Assembly: GCA_937961055.1 (NCBI GenBank)
Contig: CALCIN010000025.1
Span: forward strand, 72,058 to 136,057
Source: an uncultured Chitinophagaceae bacterium
Lineage (GTDB): Bacteria > Bacteroidota > Bacteroidia > Chitinophagales > Chitinophagaceae
Direction of reading: 5' to 3'
DNA: 64,000 bases
Part shown: positions 10,055 through 19,750 of the stretch, piece by piece
How the letters are laid out: the number at the start of each line of letters is the position of its first letter
Position numbering within the stretch: position 1 is the stretch's first letter
Notes under the pieces: model-generated
Told to the model about the DNA's origin: nothing
The model's input: only the letters and a program-made list of their open reading frames with translations
Databases searched by the model: none
Made by a program: the position numbers and the translations under genes

Positions 10055-11668
10055 TTATGGTCTCGCCTGACCGGTCTGCAAGGGCACACCCGCAAACAAT
10101 AGTTTTACATCCGGATCGGCTATTAGCTCCAGCGGCCGGGAAGATACAGGAATGCTGAGCGTAGTTTGCTTTTCTTTTATTTGCAAGGTTCTTTTTTGCA
10201 TACCGCCATTAGAGCGTACGGCAATCTCAAGCGGGAATTGAAATACGGGTGACTGCTTTTGTGTAATCACTACGGTCACGGCTCTTTTGGTTGCTTCATA
10301 TTGCCATTGAATGTCAAGGTCGGGTATGCCGGCTGTGTATAGCCATTGCCGGAAAAATTGCCCCAGGTCCTTACCAGATACCTGCTCCAGCACTTTCCGT
10401 AGGTCATCGCTGGAAGCATTTTTACCGGCGTATTTGGCATAATATGTACGAATGCCTTTCCAGAAAACTTCATCGCCCAGTTGATGACGCAACATGTGTA
10501 ACACCCATCCTCCTTTCTGGTAAGAGTTTGCGTTCAACAATTCCATATAATTAGTAACACTGGTATCTACCACCGGACGGGATTTTCTTTTGGTAAAGTC
10601 GATCACCTGGTCCCTGTCTTCCCGCAACATGGCCAGGGCTGTATCGCGACCGTATTTCTCTTCAAAATAGAGTATGGTCATATAGGTAGCGAATCCCTCG
10701 CTCAGCCAGAGGTGCGGCCAGTCTGATTCCGTTGCCATATTGCCAAACCATTGATGCGCGATTTCATGCGCCAGCAGTGACTCACTTTTACGAATACCCG
10801 AAATAGAGCTTGTTTCATGATAAAAAATGGTATTGGCATTTTCCAACCCGCCAAAGATGGTTTTCGATTGCACATTGGCCAGTTTTTTGTAGGCATAGGG
10901 CCCTACCTTCTTTATAAACCAGGGCAATATATCTGCCGCCAGCGCATAGTCATAAAATCCATTTTTCCGGTCTTCGGGATATACCCAGCTGTATACCGGT
11001 ATACAATCCACCTGGCCAGCCAGTTGTACCGCAAAAGCCGCCACCCCCACCGTCATCACTTTGGTGGCAAGTGGCACAGCTTCTTCGTATCGGGTCAGTT
11101 TCATGTTTTTGCCCACCGAAGTTTCTTCCACCTGCACGCCATTGGCCACCACCTGGTAATGCACCGGCGCAATAATGGAAAAATTCACAGATGCCTTATC
11201 GGCAGGGTGGTCCACACAAGGTATCCAGTGCCGCGCCCTGTTGGGCCAGTTGTCTGCAAAAAATACCCGTTGCCGGTATTTGTTCTCGCTGATAATTAGT
11301 CCGTCGGCAGGTATACCTTCATATTGAATAACGATCTCTTTTTTTTCTCCCGGCCTGGCAACCACGGGAAGTTGTATGGTAATAACATCATTGGTATGTT
11401 GAAACGAAAGTTCTTTGCCCTTTTCCGTCACGGCCGTTACCGTCATACCCTTGCCATTATTTTTCTTTGAAATAAGGTCCAGCGTGATTACCGGGGTTTC
11501 TTTCAGCATGATGATGGTTACACCGGCAGTTCCTCTTATCACGTCACTGCTGTCGCTAACGGTAATGGAAAAATCGTATTGCTGTACATCAATAACAGCG
11601 CCGGGTTTTTGGGCATGTAATGAGCAAAAGAAAGCAATGGCAACAGCCAGGCAAAGAAATTTTTTCAT
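10055..11668 (-). CDS. M1-family zinc aminopeptidase, secreted
   Basis: Signal peptide MKKFLCLAVAIAFFCSLHAQ, HEXXH motif (LAHEIAHQWFGN) and WLSEGFATY (GxMEN-type gluzincin). Confidence 0.85.
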   Translation of the reverse strand: MKKFLCLAVAIAFFCSLHAQKPGAVIDVQQYDFSITVSDSSDVIRGTAGVTIIMLKETPVITLDLISKKNNGKGMTVTAVTEKGKELSFQHTNDVITIQLPVVARPGEKKEIVIQYEGIPADGLIISENKYRQRVFFADNWPNRARHWIPCVDHPADKASVNFSIIAPVHYQVVANGVQVEETSVGKNMKLTRYEEAVPLATKVMTVGVAAFAVQLAGQVDCIPVYSWVYPEDRKNGFYDYALAADILPWFIKKVGPYAYKKLANVQSKTIFGGLENANTIFYHETSSISGIRKSESLLAHEIAHQWFGNMATESDWPHLWLSEGFATYMTILYFEEKYGRDTALAMLREDRDQVIDFTKRKSRPVVDTSVTNYMELLNANSYQKGGWVLHMLRHQLGDEVFWKGIRTYYAKYAGKNASSDDLRKVLEQVSGKDLGQFFRQWLYTAGIPDLDIQWQYEATKRAVTVVITQKQSPVFQFPLEIAVRSNGGMQKRTLQIKEKQTTLSIPVSSRPLELIADPDVKLLFAGVPLQTGQARP

Positions 11669-11738
11669 CCATGTAATTTGCCATGAAGTTAAATAATAGT
11701 CCGAACCGGCAGGTCCCGTTCAAACAATTTTGAGGGAA

Positions 11739-12016
11739 TTCAAAGCTGGTTTCATGGTGCTTCAACTGGCATTTCATCTGCACTGCGAGGGAATGGAATC
11801 AATGCATAGCAGATTTTGGTGCGTTCCAACTGGTTTTGAGCCTGTGCAGCAGGTCCAAATGAGTAAGATTCATAGAAAATGAATCCGGCGCTTCAAGTGG
11901 CTTTCACCTACGCCATGGGGCATAAGCAACATTCACAGCAAATTTCCCGCCACTTCAACCGGCCTTTCACCGCCCCCGGCGTGAATGAGTAGCATGCATC
12001 CTGAAACTTCAACCGC
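11739..12016. repeat. Degenerate tandem array: 5-6 copies of a ~19-bp motif CTTCAA(C/G)(T/C)GGC(A/C/T)TTTCA(C/T)C at ~54-67 bp spacing, in an intergenic region
   Basis: Copies at about 11739, 11760, 11823, 11891, 11953 and 12007; seen by eye in the sequence. Confidence 0.45.
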
Positions 12017-12103
12017 TTCAGCAAAATCCGAATGCCGAATGTACGTCCGCACCCCATACCTGGATAGGATCATTCCGGGCTTAGTCAACATCCGAATGGC
12101 GCC

Positions 12104-13420
12104 TCACAATTTTTCCAGCAACTCCACTACTTTTTCTCTTTTCAAAATAAGATACCCCAGGCGGTCATTGCTGATGCCATCTTTCAACTGATAGCTGAAG
12201 GTCAACTGATCGTCTTTAACCGAAGTTTCAAAGTATTTAAAAGAGATGTTGGGGTAATTTTTCAATTCCTCGCCTATTTCGTACAGGTGTGTAGACAGGA
12301 TGAAAAGCGAGTTGCGGATTTTGATCAATCCCTTAATAACGGTAGAGGAACACTTCATGGCGTCCTGCACATTGGTGCCTTTGAACAATTCATCAATCAG
12401 CACCAGCCATTTACGGCCATCATTGATTTTGATGATGGTGTTGCGAATCCGTTGCACTTCATTAAAAAAGTAGCTCTCCCCTTTTGCAATATTATCCGCC
12501 ACATTGATATTGCTGAGCAGTCCGTCAAAAATAGTCAGGCGAAATTCCTTTGCCGGTACGCCCATACCAAGATGCGCCAGAAAAACGGCGCTGCCCACCG
12601 CCTTGATCAGGGTGCTTTTGCCGGCCATATTGGCCCCGGTGAGAAAAAGAAAATTGCTCTCGGGGTTCATATGTATGTTGTACGAAACCGGGTCGGGCAG
12701 TAATATATGATAGAGTTCTTTGGCGTCTATCAGCGGCTGCGACTGGTCCACAAAAACAGGAAAGCTGAGGTTGAATTTCTTTACGGCCATCGCCATCGAA
12801 TACCAGGCATCGAGCCTGCCGTAAATATCTACCAGTTCAAATGCAGCCGATTTGAATTGCGTATGCACAAAAGCGCCATAATAAATGGTTTCCGTCCAAC
12901 TGAAGGGCTTTGCAGCATCACGGGCAGCCAACGATTGCAACGCCGGTTTGTTCATGAGCTGGTGTGCACGTTGCAAAAAACTACGCAGCATCATGGGCGC
13001 TTCATCGGTATCGAGCAGGCTCACCAGTTGCATCATGCCGCGCAAAAAATCTGCAAAGTGAGAGATAGAATATTTTACCAGCGCGAAATCCGGGCCATGA
13101 AATATTTTATACGACAGCGCATTCATAAAATTGGCGCCCGATGGCATGTGGTCTATATTGCTGTCGTAAAATTTTTCTATCACCATGATGGTGCCATTGG
13201 TGATAGACTGCGGCCAGTACGCCTCCTGCTGAAGAATCAAACGGAGGATTTGTTGCGTATCGGCAATATGCTTTGCGTCGCTGAAGGGATTGCTGAAATA
13301 CTTCGACAACCACGCACGCCCCTCACTGGTACGTGTAAAATTCAACCGGTGGAAAATGGAAAATTCTTCCTCTGGTTGGAAAATTGAAAGATCGTTATAG
13401 GTGGTGTTGTCGAGTTCCAT
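12104..13420 (-). CDS. MutS-domain protein (domain III plus domain V ATPase only; no mismatch-binding domain)
   Basis: Walker A GANMAGKSTLIKAVG and Walker B LVLIDELFKGTN, 438 aa, N-terminal region not MutS-I. Confidence 0.75.
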   Translation of the reverse strand: MELDNTTYNDLSIFQPEEEFSIFHRLNFTRTSEGRAWLSKYFSNPFSDAKHIADTQQILRLILQQEAYWPQSITNGTIMVIEKFYDSNIDHMPSGANFMNALSYKIFHGPDFALVKYSISHFADFLRGMMQLVSLLDTDEAPMMLRSFLQRAHQLMNKPALQSLAARDAAKPFSWTETIYYGAFVHTQFKSAAFELVDIYGRLDAWYSMAMAVKKFNLSFPVFVDQSQPLIDAKELYHILLPDPVSYNIHMNPESNFLFLTGANMAGKSTLIKAVGSAVFLAHLGMGVPAKEFRLTIFDGLLSNINVADNIAKGESYFFNEVQRIRNTIIKINDGRKWLVLIDELFKGTNVQDAMKCSSTVIKGLIKIRNSLFILSTHLYEIGEELKNYPNISFKYFETSVKDDQLTFSYQLKDGISNDRLGYLILKREKVVELLEKL

Positions 13421-13471
13421 GAGTTTTAGGTTGTATTGAGCTATATAACCATTCAGCCTCCCCGTAATTTA

Positions 13472-14866
13472 CTATTCTCTGTTGAACAATAACCGTTGTC
13501 CCTTCTGAGATTCATCCCACTGGTTATTTCCATACACCAGGTGACCATTTACAAAAGTATGTGTGATGGCCGCAGGGAACGTAAACCCTTCCAAAGGGCT
13601 CCATTGGCATTTATATAAAATATTATTCCTTGCTACCGTAGTTGACTGCTGCAAATTCACCATTACCAGATCTGCCATATAGCCCTCGCGTATAAACCCT
13701 CTGTCGGCAATACCAAAGCAACGGGCTACACTGTGACTCATCTTGTCTACAACTTTTTCGATAGAAATCTTACCCTGTTTTACGTAATGCAGCATCAGCA
13801 ACAATGAATGCTGCACCAGCGGCAATCCTGCATGGGCTTTTTCATAAGGACCGGCGCCTGCCTGCGTCAGTTCACCTGCTGCGTTGCGTGTAACGCCTTT
13901 TTCTTCGAGCGTATGCGGCGCATGGTCGGTAGCTATAATATCCAGCCGGTCATCCAACAGCGCCTGCCAGAGGGCGTCGCGGTTAGGCGCCGCCTTGATG
14001 GCGGGGTTACATTTTATCAGGTTGCCCAGCCGTTCATAGTCATCGGCAGTAAAATGCAGATGGTGCACGCATACTTCAGCAGTAATGCGCTTTTGTTCAA
14101 GCGGCAACATATTGGTAAACAATCCGAGTTCCTTTTCAGTACTGATATGCAGTATATGCAACCGGCTGTTGTGTTTTTTTGCCAGTTGAATGGCCGCAAA
14201 GGAGGATTCAAAACAGGCCTGTTCATCGCGGATCAACGGGTGATCGGAGGGCGCTATGGTTTGCTGCCGCTGTTTGATTTTTTCAACATTGCTTTTGATG
14301 ATGCGCTCGTCTTCGCAATGGGTGGCAATCAGCACTTCACTTTCCCGGAACAGCCGGTCGAGGGTCAGGTAATTGTCTACCAGCAATCCGCCCGTAGAAG
14401 AGCCCATAAATATCTTGATGCCGCAAATTTCCTTTTTCCGCTCATTGGTGCGCAAAGCTTCATCGGCATTGTCGTTGGAAGTGCCCATAAAGAACGAATA
14501 GTTGGCCAGTGAAGTAGCCGCAGCAATCTTGTATTTTTCTTCAAGCAGCGCCTGCGTAAACACCGGCGGCACGGTATTGGGCATTTCCATAAAGGAAGTG
14601 ACGCCACCTGCCACTGCCGCTTTCGATTCGGTATAGATGGTAGCCTTATGGGTTAACCCCGGCTCACGAAAATGTACCTGGTCGTCAATAACGCCGGGTA
14701 ATAAATGTTTACCTTCACCGTTAATTTCAGTTACGGCGAATTTGGTTTGAATGGCAGATCCTGTTTTTTCAATCCGTCCGTTTTTTACCAATACATCGCC
14801 CACGATGGATTTCCCTTCATTTACAACCGTACAATTTTTTAAAAGGTAATTTTTATTATTTGCCAT
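13472..14866 (-). CDS. pyrC: Dihydroorotase (cyclic amidohydrolase family)
   Basis: PGVIDDQVHFREPG metal-binding motif; 464-aa long-form pyrC typical of Bacteroidota. Confidence 0.7.
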   Translation of the reverse strand: MANNKNYLLKNCTVVNEGKSIVGDVLVKNGRIEKTGSAIQTKFAVTEINGEGKHLLPGVIDDQVHFREPGLTHKATIYTESKAAVAGGVTSFMEMPNTVPPVFTQALLEEKYKIAAATSLANYSFFMGTSNDNADEALRTNERKKEICGIKIFMGSSTGGLLVDNYLTLDRLFRESEVLIATHCEDERIIKSNVEKIKQRQQTIAPSDHPLIRDEQACFESSFAAIQLAKKHNSRLHILHISTEKELGLFTNMLPLEQKRITAEVCVHHLHFTADDYERLGNLIKCNPAIKAAPNRDALWQALLDDRLDIIATDHAPHTLEEKGVTRNAAGELTQAGAGPYEKAHAGLPLVQHSLLLMLHYVKQGKISIEKVVDKMSHSVARCFGIADRGFIREGYMADLVMVNLQQSTTVARNNILYKCQWSPLEGFTFPAAITHTFVNGHLVYGNNQWDESQKGQRLLFNRE

Positions 14867-14943
14867 TTATTTGGAACTTGTTATTTACTTTTTGTTTTAT
14901 CCGCTTAATAGAACAATATTGAATCGATTATTTACAACCTGTC

Positions 14944-16638
14944 ATGCAAGATATTAATAAAACCATTGTCTGCTTATTGCTCCTGGTGTTTCCCGGAATA
15001 GCTTTCAGTCAATCCACTTATCTCCCGCAGGGATCAAAACATCAACCGTTGCTCGACAGGCTGGAAATCCTGCTGCAAAGCAACAACGATCTGAATCTGT
15101 CCACCACCCGTCCGCTGAACAGGCGTTTTGCCGTTCGGGCTGCCGAAGCAGCAGATTCGTTACACCGGGCCAATGGCAACCTGTTATCGCGTGTAGATGA
15201 ATACAACCTGCAAAGCCTGCTGATGAACAATTCCGAATGGGTAACCGGCGACAAGTCCGCATTTGTAAGCCGCAAAAACCTCTGGAATACCTTTTACAAA
15301 ACCAAAGCCAACCTGCTCGAAGTTGATGAGAAAGATTTTTTCCTGGCAGTGAACCCCGTAATACAACAACAGCAATCCATAGAAAGCGACAACGATCAGC
15401 GTATTTTTCTCAACACAAAAGGCATTACGCTCCGGGGCATGATTGCCAACCGCATCGGATTTTCCGCTTACATTACCGATAATCAGGAACGCGCGCCTTT
15501 GTTCGTGCAGGACCGCATCAGCCAGTATGATGCCGTACCGGGCGCCGGCTTCTACAAATCTTTTAAAACAACCGGCACTGATTATATCGATGCGCGCGGC
15601 TCCATTCATTTTACCGCCACCAAATACCTCGATTTTCAGTTCGGGTACGATAAAAATTTCATCGGCAACGGCTATCGCAGCCTCTACCTGAGCGATTTTG
15701 GCAATAGCTACCTCTTTCTCAAAATCAATACGCGCATCTGGAAATTCAATTACATGAACCTGTTCATGGAACTGGTGCCCCAGACAGTTGCCATCAGCGC
15801 AGGTAACAAGTTGCTCGACAATAAATATGCGGCCATTCATCACCTGAGCATGAACGTTACCCGCTGGCTGAACGTGGGTCTTTTTGAAGCGGTGGTGTTC
15901 GGTCGCAGGAACCGCTTCTCGCTTTCTTATCTCAACCCCATTATATTTCTGCGCGCCAGCGAACAGCAAAATGGCAGTGCCGACAATGCACTTATTGGCG
16001 TTGACGTGAAAGCCAATGTGGCAAAACGTTTCCAGTTTTACGGGCAATTTCTGCTCGATGAATTTTTCCTCAAAGAAGTACGCGCCGGCAATGGCTGGTG
16101 GGCAAACAAATTCGCAGTGCAGGTAGGCGGTAAATACATCAACGCATTTGGTTTAAAAAATCTCGATCTGCAGGGAGAAGTAAACCTGGTGCGGCCGTTC
16201 ACCTACAGCCACAACGATTCCGTATCAAATTATACACATTACAACCAGCCATTGGCACATCCGCTGGGCGCCAATTTTATAGAGGCCATTGGCATTGCGC
16301 GGTATCAGCCGCATCCCAAATGGACAGCCTCCGCCCGCCTGATTTTGTGGAAACAGGGTACCGATACGGCTGAAAGCAATTTCGGTTCCAACATCTTTAA
16401 AGTGAATTCCCTCCGCCCGGCCGGCGACTATGGGTACGGTTTACCGAGCGGCCCGCGTTCCACCGGCATCAATGCGCAATTGCTGGTTTCGTATGAAGTG
16501 AAAGAGAATGTATTCCTCGAAATAGCAGGCCTGCTCAGAAACCTGCAGTCCGGTGTGGCAGGCGTTCCGGACAGAAACACATCAGTGATTACGGCAGGGG
16601 TAAGAATGAATATGTTCAGAAGAGAGTATGATTATTAA
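14944..16638 (+). CDS. Secreted/outer-membrane protein, possibly a Wzi-like capsule assembly family member
   Basis: Signal peptide (…LLLVFPGIAFSQ), 564 aa, C-terminal half rich in aromatic residues and beta-strand character; family name uncertain. Confidence 0.5.
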   Translation: MQDINKTIVCLLLLVFPGIAFSQSTYLPQGSKHQPLLDRLEILLQSNNDLNLSTTRPLNRRFAVRAAEAADSLHRANGNLLSRVDEYNLQSLLMNNSEWVTGDKSAFVSRKNLWNTFYKTKANLLEVDEKDFFLAVNPVIQQQQSIESDNDQRIFLNTKGITLRGMIANRIGFSAYITDNQERAPLFVQDRISQYDAVPGAGFYKSFKTTGTDYIDARGSIHFTATKYLDFQFGYDKNFIGNGYRSLYLSDFGNSYLFLKINTRIWKFNYMNLFMELVPQTVAISAGNKLLDNKYAAIHHLSMNVTRWLNVGLFEAVVFGRRNRFSLSYLNPIIFLRASEQQNGSADNALIGVDVKANVAKRFQFYGQFLLDEFFLKEVRAGNGWWANKFAVQVGGKYINAFGLKNLDLQGEVNLVRPFTYSHNDSVSNYTHYNQPLAHPLGANFIEAIGIARYQPHPKWTASARLILWKQGTDTAESNFGSNIFKVNSLRPAGDYGYGLPSGPRSTGINAQLLVSYEVKENVFLEIAGLLRNLQSGVAGVPDRNTSVITAGVRMNMFRREYDY

Positions 16639-16645
16639 TAGGAAG

Positions 16646-16684
16646 ATGACAAGACCGGAAGCGATAAGCCTCCGGTCTTGTCAT
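16646..16684. terminator. Bidirectional terminator hairpin (14-bp stem atgacaagaccgga / tccggtcttgtcat) between convergent genes
   Basis: Perfect 14-bp inverted repeat between the stop at 16638 (+) and the stop at 16691 (-). Confidence 0.55.
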
Positions 16685-16690
16685 TTCTAC

Positions 16691-19600
16691 TTATACTTTT
16701 GGCGCCAGCAGCTTGTACAGTACCGGCGTAACCACCCTTGTTAACATTGTAGAACTGATCAATCCGCCTATGATCACCAGCGCCAGTGGCGAATACAGCG
16801 GATTGTTTTCCAGCACCAGCGGCATCATACCACCAATGGCGGTAAGGGTAGTAAGAATGATCGGGATAAACCGGGTTTCACCGGCTTCCTGGATCGCTTT
16901 ATCCAGCGGCATACCCTGTTTGCGCAACTGATCGGTATAGTCTACCAGCAGGATAGAATTTTTTACTTCAATACCAATCAGCGCAATCAAACCAATCACT
17001 GCCACAAAAGAGAAGGTATTTCCCGTAGCCAGCAGTATCAGTACGGCCCCGATAATACCCAAAGGAATTACGGATAGTACTATCAGCGTGCTTTTGAATG
17101 TTTTGAACTCCAGTATCAATGTACCCAGGATGCCAAAAATGGTTATCAGCACGATCGTGCCCAATCCGCCAAAACTTTCCTGGCCGGCTTCTACTTCCCC
17201 TGCTGCTACATAATGGGTGTTCGGCGGAAATTGCATGCTGTCGAGTTTCTTCAATACTTCACTGGTTACCCTGGCAGTATTGTAACCGGTTTGCACAAAA
17301 GCTGTTACAACGGTAAAGCGGTCTTTGTCATAACGCTTGATAGTAGTAGGTGAAGTCTCGAAGCGTATATCTGCCAGCTGGCTGAGGGGTATGGAAGCGC
17401 CGTTGATGCTGCTCACATACACTTTCCCAAAAGCGTCATAGGTCTGGCGGTTGCCGCGCGGCAGCGTTACATTGATGTTTACCTTATCGCCATCCTTTTT
17501 ACGAAAAGTGCCGATGTTTAATCCTGCCACGGCCATACGTATCGTGCGATCAATCTCATGTACAGGAACACCCAACATGCCAGCCTTCTCTTTATTTACA
17601 TTTACCCGCAGGTCTGTCTTCAGCGTGGTGAGTTCGTTATTGACATACATTGTCCCTTCAGTTTTCTTCAGCAGGTCTTCCACGCGGAAAGCAAGCGCGC
17701 GCAGGGTATCAAGGTCTTCACTAAACAGGCGGATGGCTATAGGCGCTTCTACCGGCGGCCCCTGTTCAAAATCCTTGACTTCTATTTTTGCATTGGGATA
17801 ATCGCGAAATACTGTACGAAGTTCATCAATCAGCGCTCTTTTTTTCCTCGGCGGCGTTTCCCTGAGCTGTACAAAAATCTGTGCATAATTGCTCACGTCA
17901 TTCTGCGATATTACGTTGTAGTATATACGCGGATTGCCATGTCCTACGTTGGTAGCATAATTTTTCAGGTCAGGCAGGCTGTCTAATTTTTTTTCAACAT
18001 ACCGTGCTACCAGGTCGGTAGCTTCCAGGCTGGTGCCCAGAGGCGTTTCAATATTGATCATGAACATCGGTTTCTCCGAAGCAGGAAACACACTGAAACC
18101 AACCACGGGCACCAGTGCTACCGAACCCGCAAATATGGCAAAGGCAATCAGCAGGGTGGTGACCGGTCGCGCAATGGCGCTGTGCAGCAGGCGACGATAA
18201 GAGCCGCTCACCATTTTTTTCAATGCACGCAAAAACCAGTTTCCTTCAGGGTTGGTATGCTGATGTAAAATTCGGCTCGACAAAAAAGGCACAATAGTCA
18301 ATGACACAAACAAACTGGCCAGCACCGTGGACACTACCGCAGCAGGCAAACTGCGAATGAAATCCCCCGCAGCCTCCGGCAAAAACATCAGCGGCAGAAA
18401 GGCAAGGATCAATGTAACGGTACAGCCGATCACCGCCAGCCCGATTTGTTTGGTGGCCGCCATGGCTGCTTCCAAGCGGCTATACCCCATACGCAAATGC
18501 CTTTCGATATTTTCTACCACCACAATGCTGTCGTCAACCAGCAGGCCCAGCGCCACAATCAGTCCCACAATACTGAGCTGATTGATAGAAATACCCACCA
18601 TATGCAGCAGGAATAAACCGATGGCCAGCGACAGCGGTATCGATATCATCACTACAATGGACGCACGAAGCCCCAATGGCAGCAGCGTAAGCAACACCAG
18701 GAAAATGGCAATGGAAAAATCCCGGGTAAAACCGCCCAGCCTGCGCCGCACACTGGCAGCATTGTCGAAGCTCTGTTCAAATTGTATATAGGCGGGCAAT
18801 TCTTTTTGAAACTGTTCCAGCACAGGTTTCATTTCCTTTTCCACGTCAAATATATTAGTGCCCATCTTGCGGCTGGCCGTTACAAAAACTGCCCTGCGAC
18901 CATTTAATCTGCCGATATAGGTCTGTTCCTCATAATCCAGTTCTACATCGGCTATATCTTTCACATATACCTGCTTGCCGCCACTGCTGCTGACAATGGT
19001 GTTGCGAATCTCATCCAGCGACTCATAATCACCACTGGTTTTGACATTAAATTTCCTGGCGCCCATTTCAATGCTGCCTCCGGGAATGTTTACGTTCTCA
19101 CTTTGTATGGCAGCCACCACCCTGTTTACAGGTATCTTGTATTGCGCCAGCCGCTCCGGCTTCAGCGACACACGCACCTGCTGGTTAGGGAATGCCCAGT
19201 TGTCTACATTCTTCAGACTCTTGATTTTTTCCAGCCGCTCCTTGAGCTTTTTGCTCCATGCTTCCAGTTCACTGTAAGGGGCTGTCTCACTCATCAGGGC
19301 CACCTGGATGATGTTTACATCGGTAGGCGTAAACTTCTGCACCCGGATGTCGAGAATATCCGAAGGCAGTTCACCACGCAAGGCATCCAACTCACGCACT
19401 ACATCCTGGTACTTTTTATCGGGATCACTGTCGTATTTGAATTCAATAGTGGTAACTGAAAGACCGTCATCAATGCGCGATGAAATACGTTTGATATCAT
19501 CCAGCTCGTTCATCTTTTTTTCTATGGGGTCTACCACCAGGTCTTCCATATCTGCCGGACTGGTGCCGGGGTAAATAACTATGGCGGCAAACTGCGGCGA

Positions 19601-19723
19601 CTGAAAATCGGGGTCTTCCCCACGCGGCATGGTAAACAGGGAATGGAGCCCGATAGCAGCCAGCATCACAAACACAATGAGCGTAAACTGGTAATTCTTT
19701 ACTGAAAAGTCAGTTATTTTCAT
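16691..19723 (-). CDS. RND efflux transporter permease (AcrB/CzcA family)
   Basis: 1010 aa, 12-TM RND architecture with large periplasmic loops. Confidence 0.92.
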   Translation of the reverse strand: MKITDFSVKNYQFTLIVFVMLAAIGLHSLFTMPRGEDPDFQSPQFAAIVIYPGTSPADMEDLVVDPIEKKMNELDDIKRISSRIDDGLSVTTIEFKYDSDPDKKYQDVVRELDALRGELPSDILDIRVQKFTPTDVNIIQVALMSETAPYSELEAWSKKLKERLEKIKSLKNVDNWAFPNQQVRVSLKPERLAQYKIPVNRVVAAIQSENVNIPGGSIEMGARKFNVKTSGDYESLDEIRNTIVSSSGGKQVYVKDIADVELDYEEQTYIGRLNGRRAVFVTASRKMGTNIFDVEKEMKPVLEQFQKELPAYIQFEQSFDNAASVRRRLGGFTRDFSIAIFLVLLTLLPLGLRASIVVMISIPLSLAIGLFLLHMVGISINQLSIVGLIVALGLLVDDSIVVVENIERHLRMGYSRLEAAMAATKQIGLAVIGCTVTLILAFLPLMFLPEAAGDFIRSLPAAVVSTVLASLFVSLTIVPFLSSRILHQHTNPEGNWFLRALKKMVSGSYRRLLHSAIARPVTTLLIAFAIFAGSVALVPVVGFSVFPASEKPMFMINIETPLGTSLEATDLVARYVEKKLDSLPDLKNYATNVGHGNPRIYYNVISQNDVSNYAQIFVQLRETPPRKKRALIDELRTVFRDYPNAKIEVKDFEQGPPVEAPIAIRLFSEDLDTLRALAFRVEDLLKKTEGTMYVNNELTTLKTDLRVNVNKEKAGMLGVPVHEIDRTIRMAVAGLNIGTFRKKDGDKVNINVTLPRGNRQTYDAFGKVYVSSINGASIPLSQLADIRFETSPTTIKRYDKDRFTVVTAFVQTGYNTARVTSEVLKKLDSMQFPPNTHYVAAGEVEAGQESFGGLGTIVLITIFGILGTLILEFKTFKSTLIVLSVIPLGIIGAVLILLATGNTFSFVAVIGLIALIGIEVKNSILLVDYTDQLRKQGMPLDKAIQEAGETRFIPIILTTLTAIGGMMPLVLENNPLYSPLALVIIGGLISSTMLTRVVTPVLYKLLAPKV

Positions 19724-19750
19724 GCAATGATAGTTGTGGGATGGAAGTTT

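Noticed and set aside
15184-16047. 287-aa ORF antisense within the 564-aa outer-membrane protein gene
   Set aside because: No recognisable motifs, and entirely embedded in a gene that has a signal peptide and a coherent beta-rich translation
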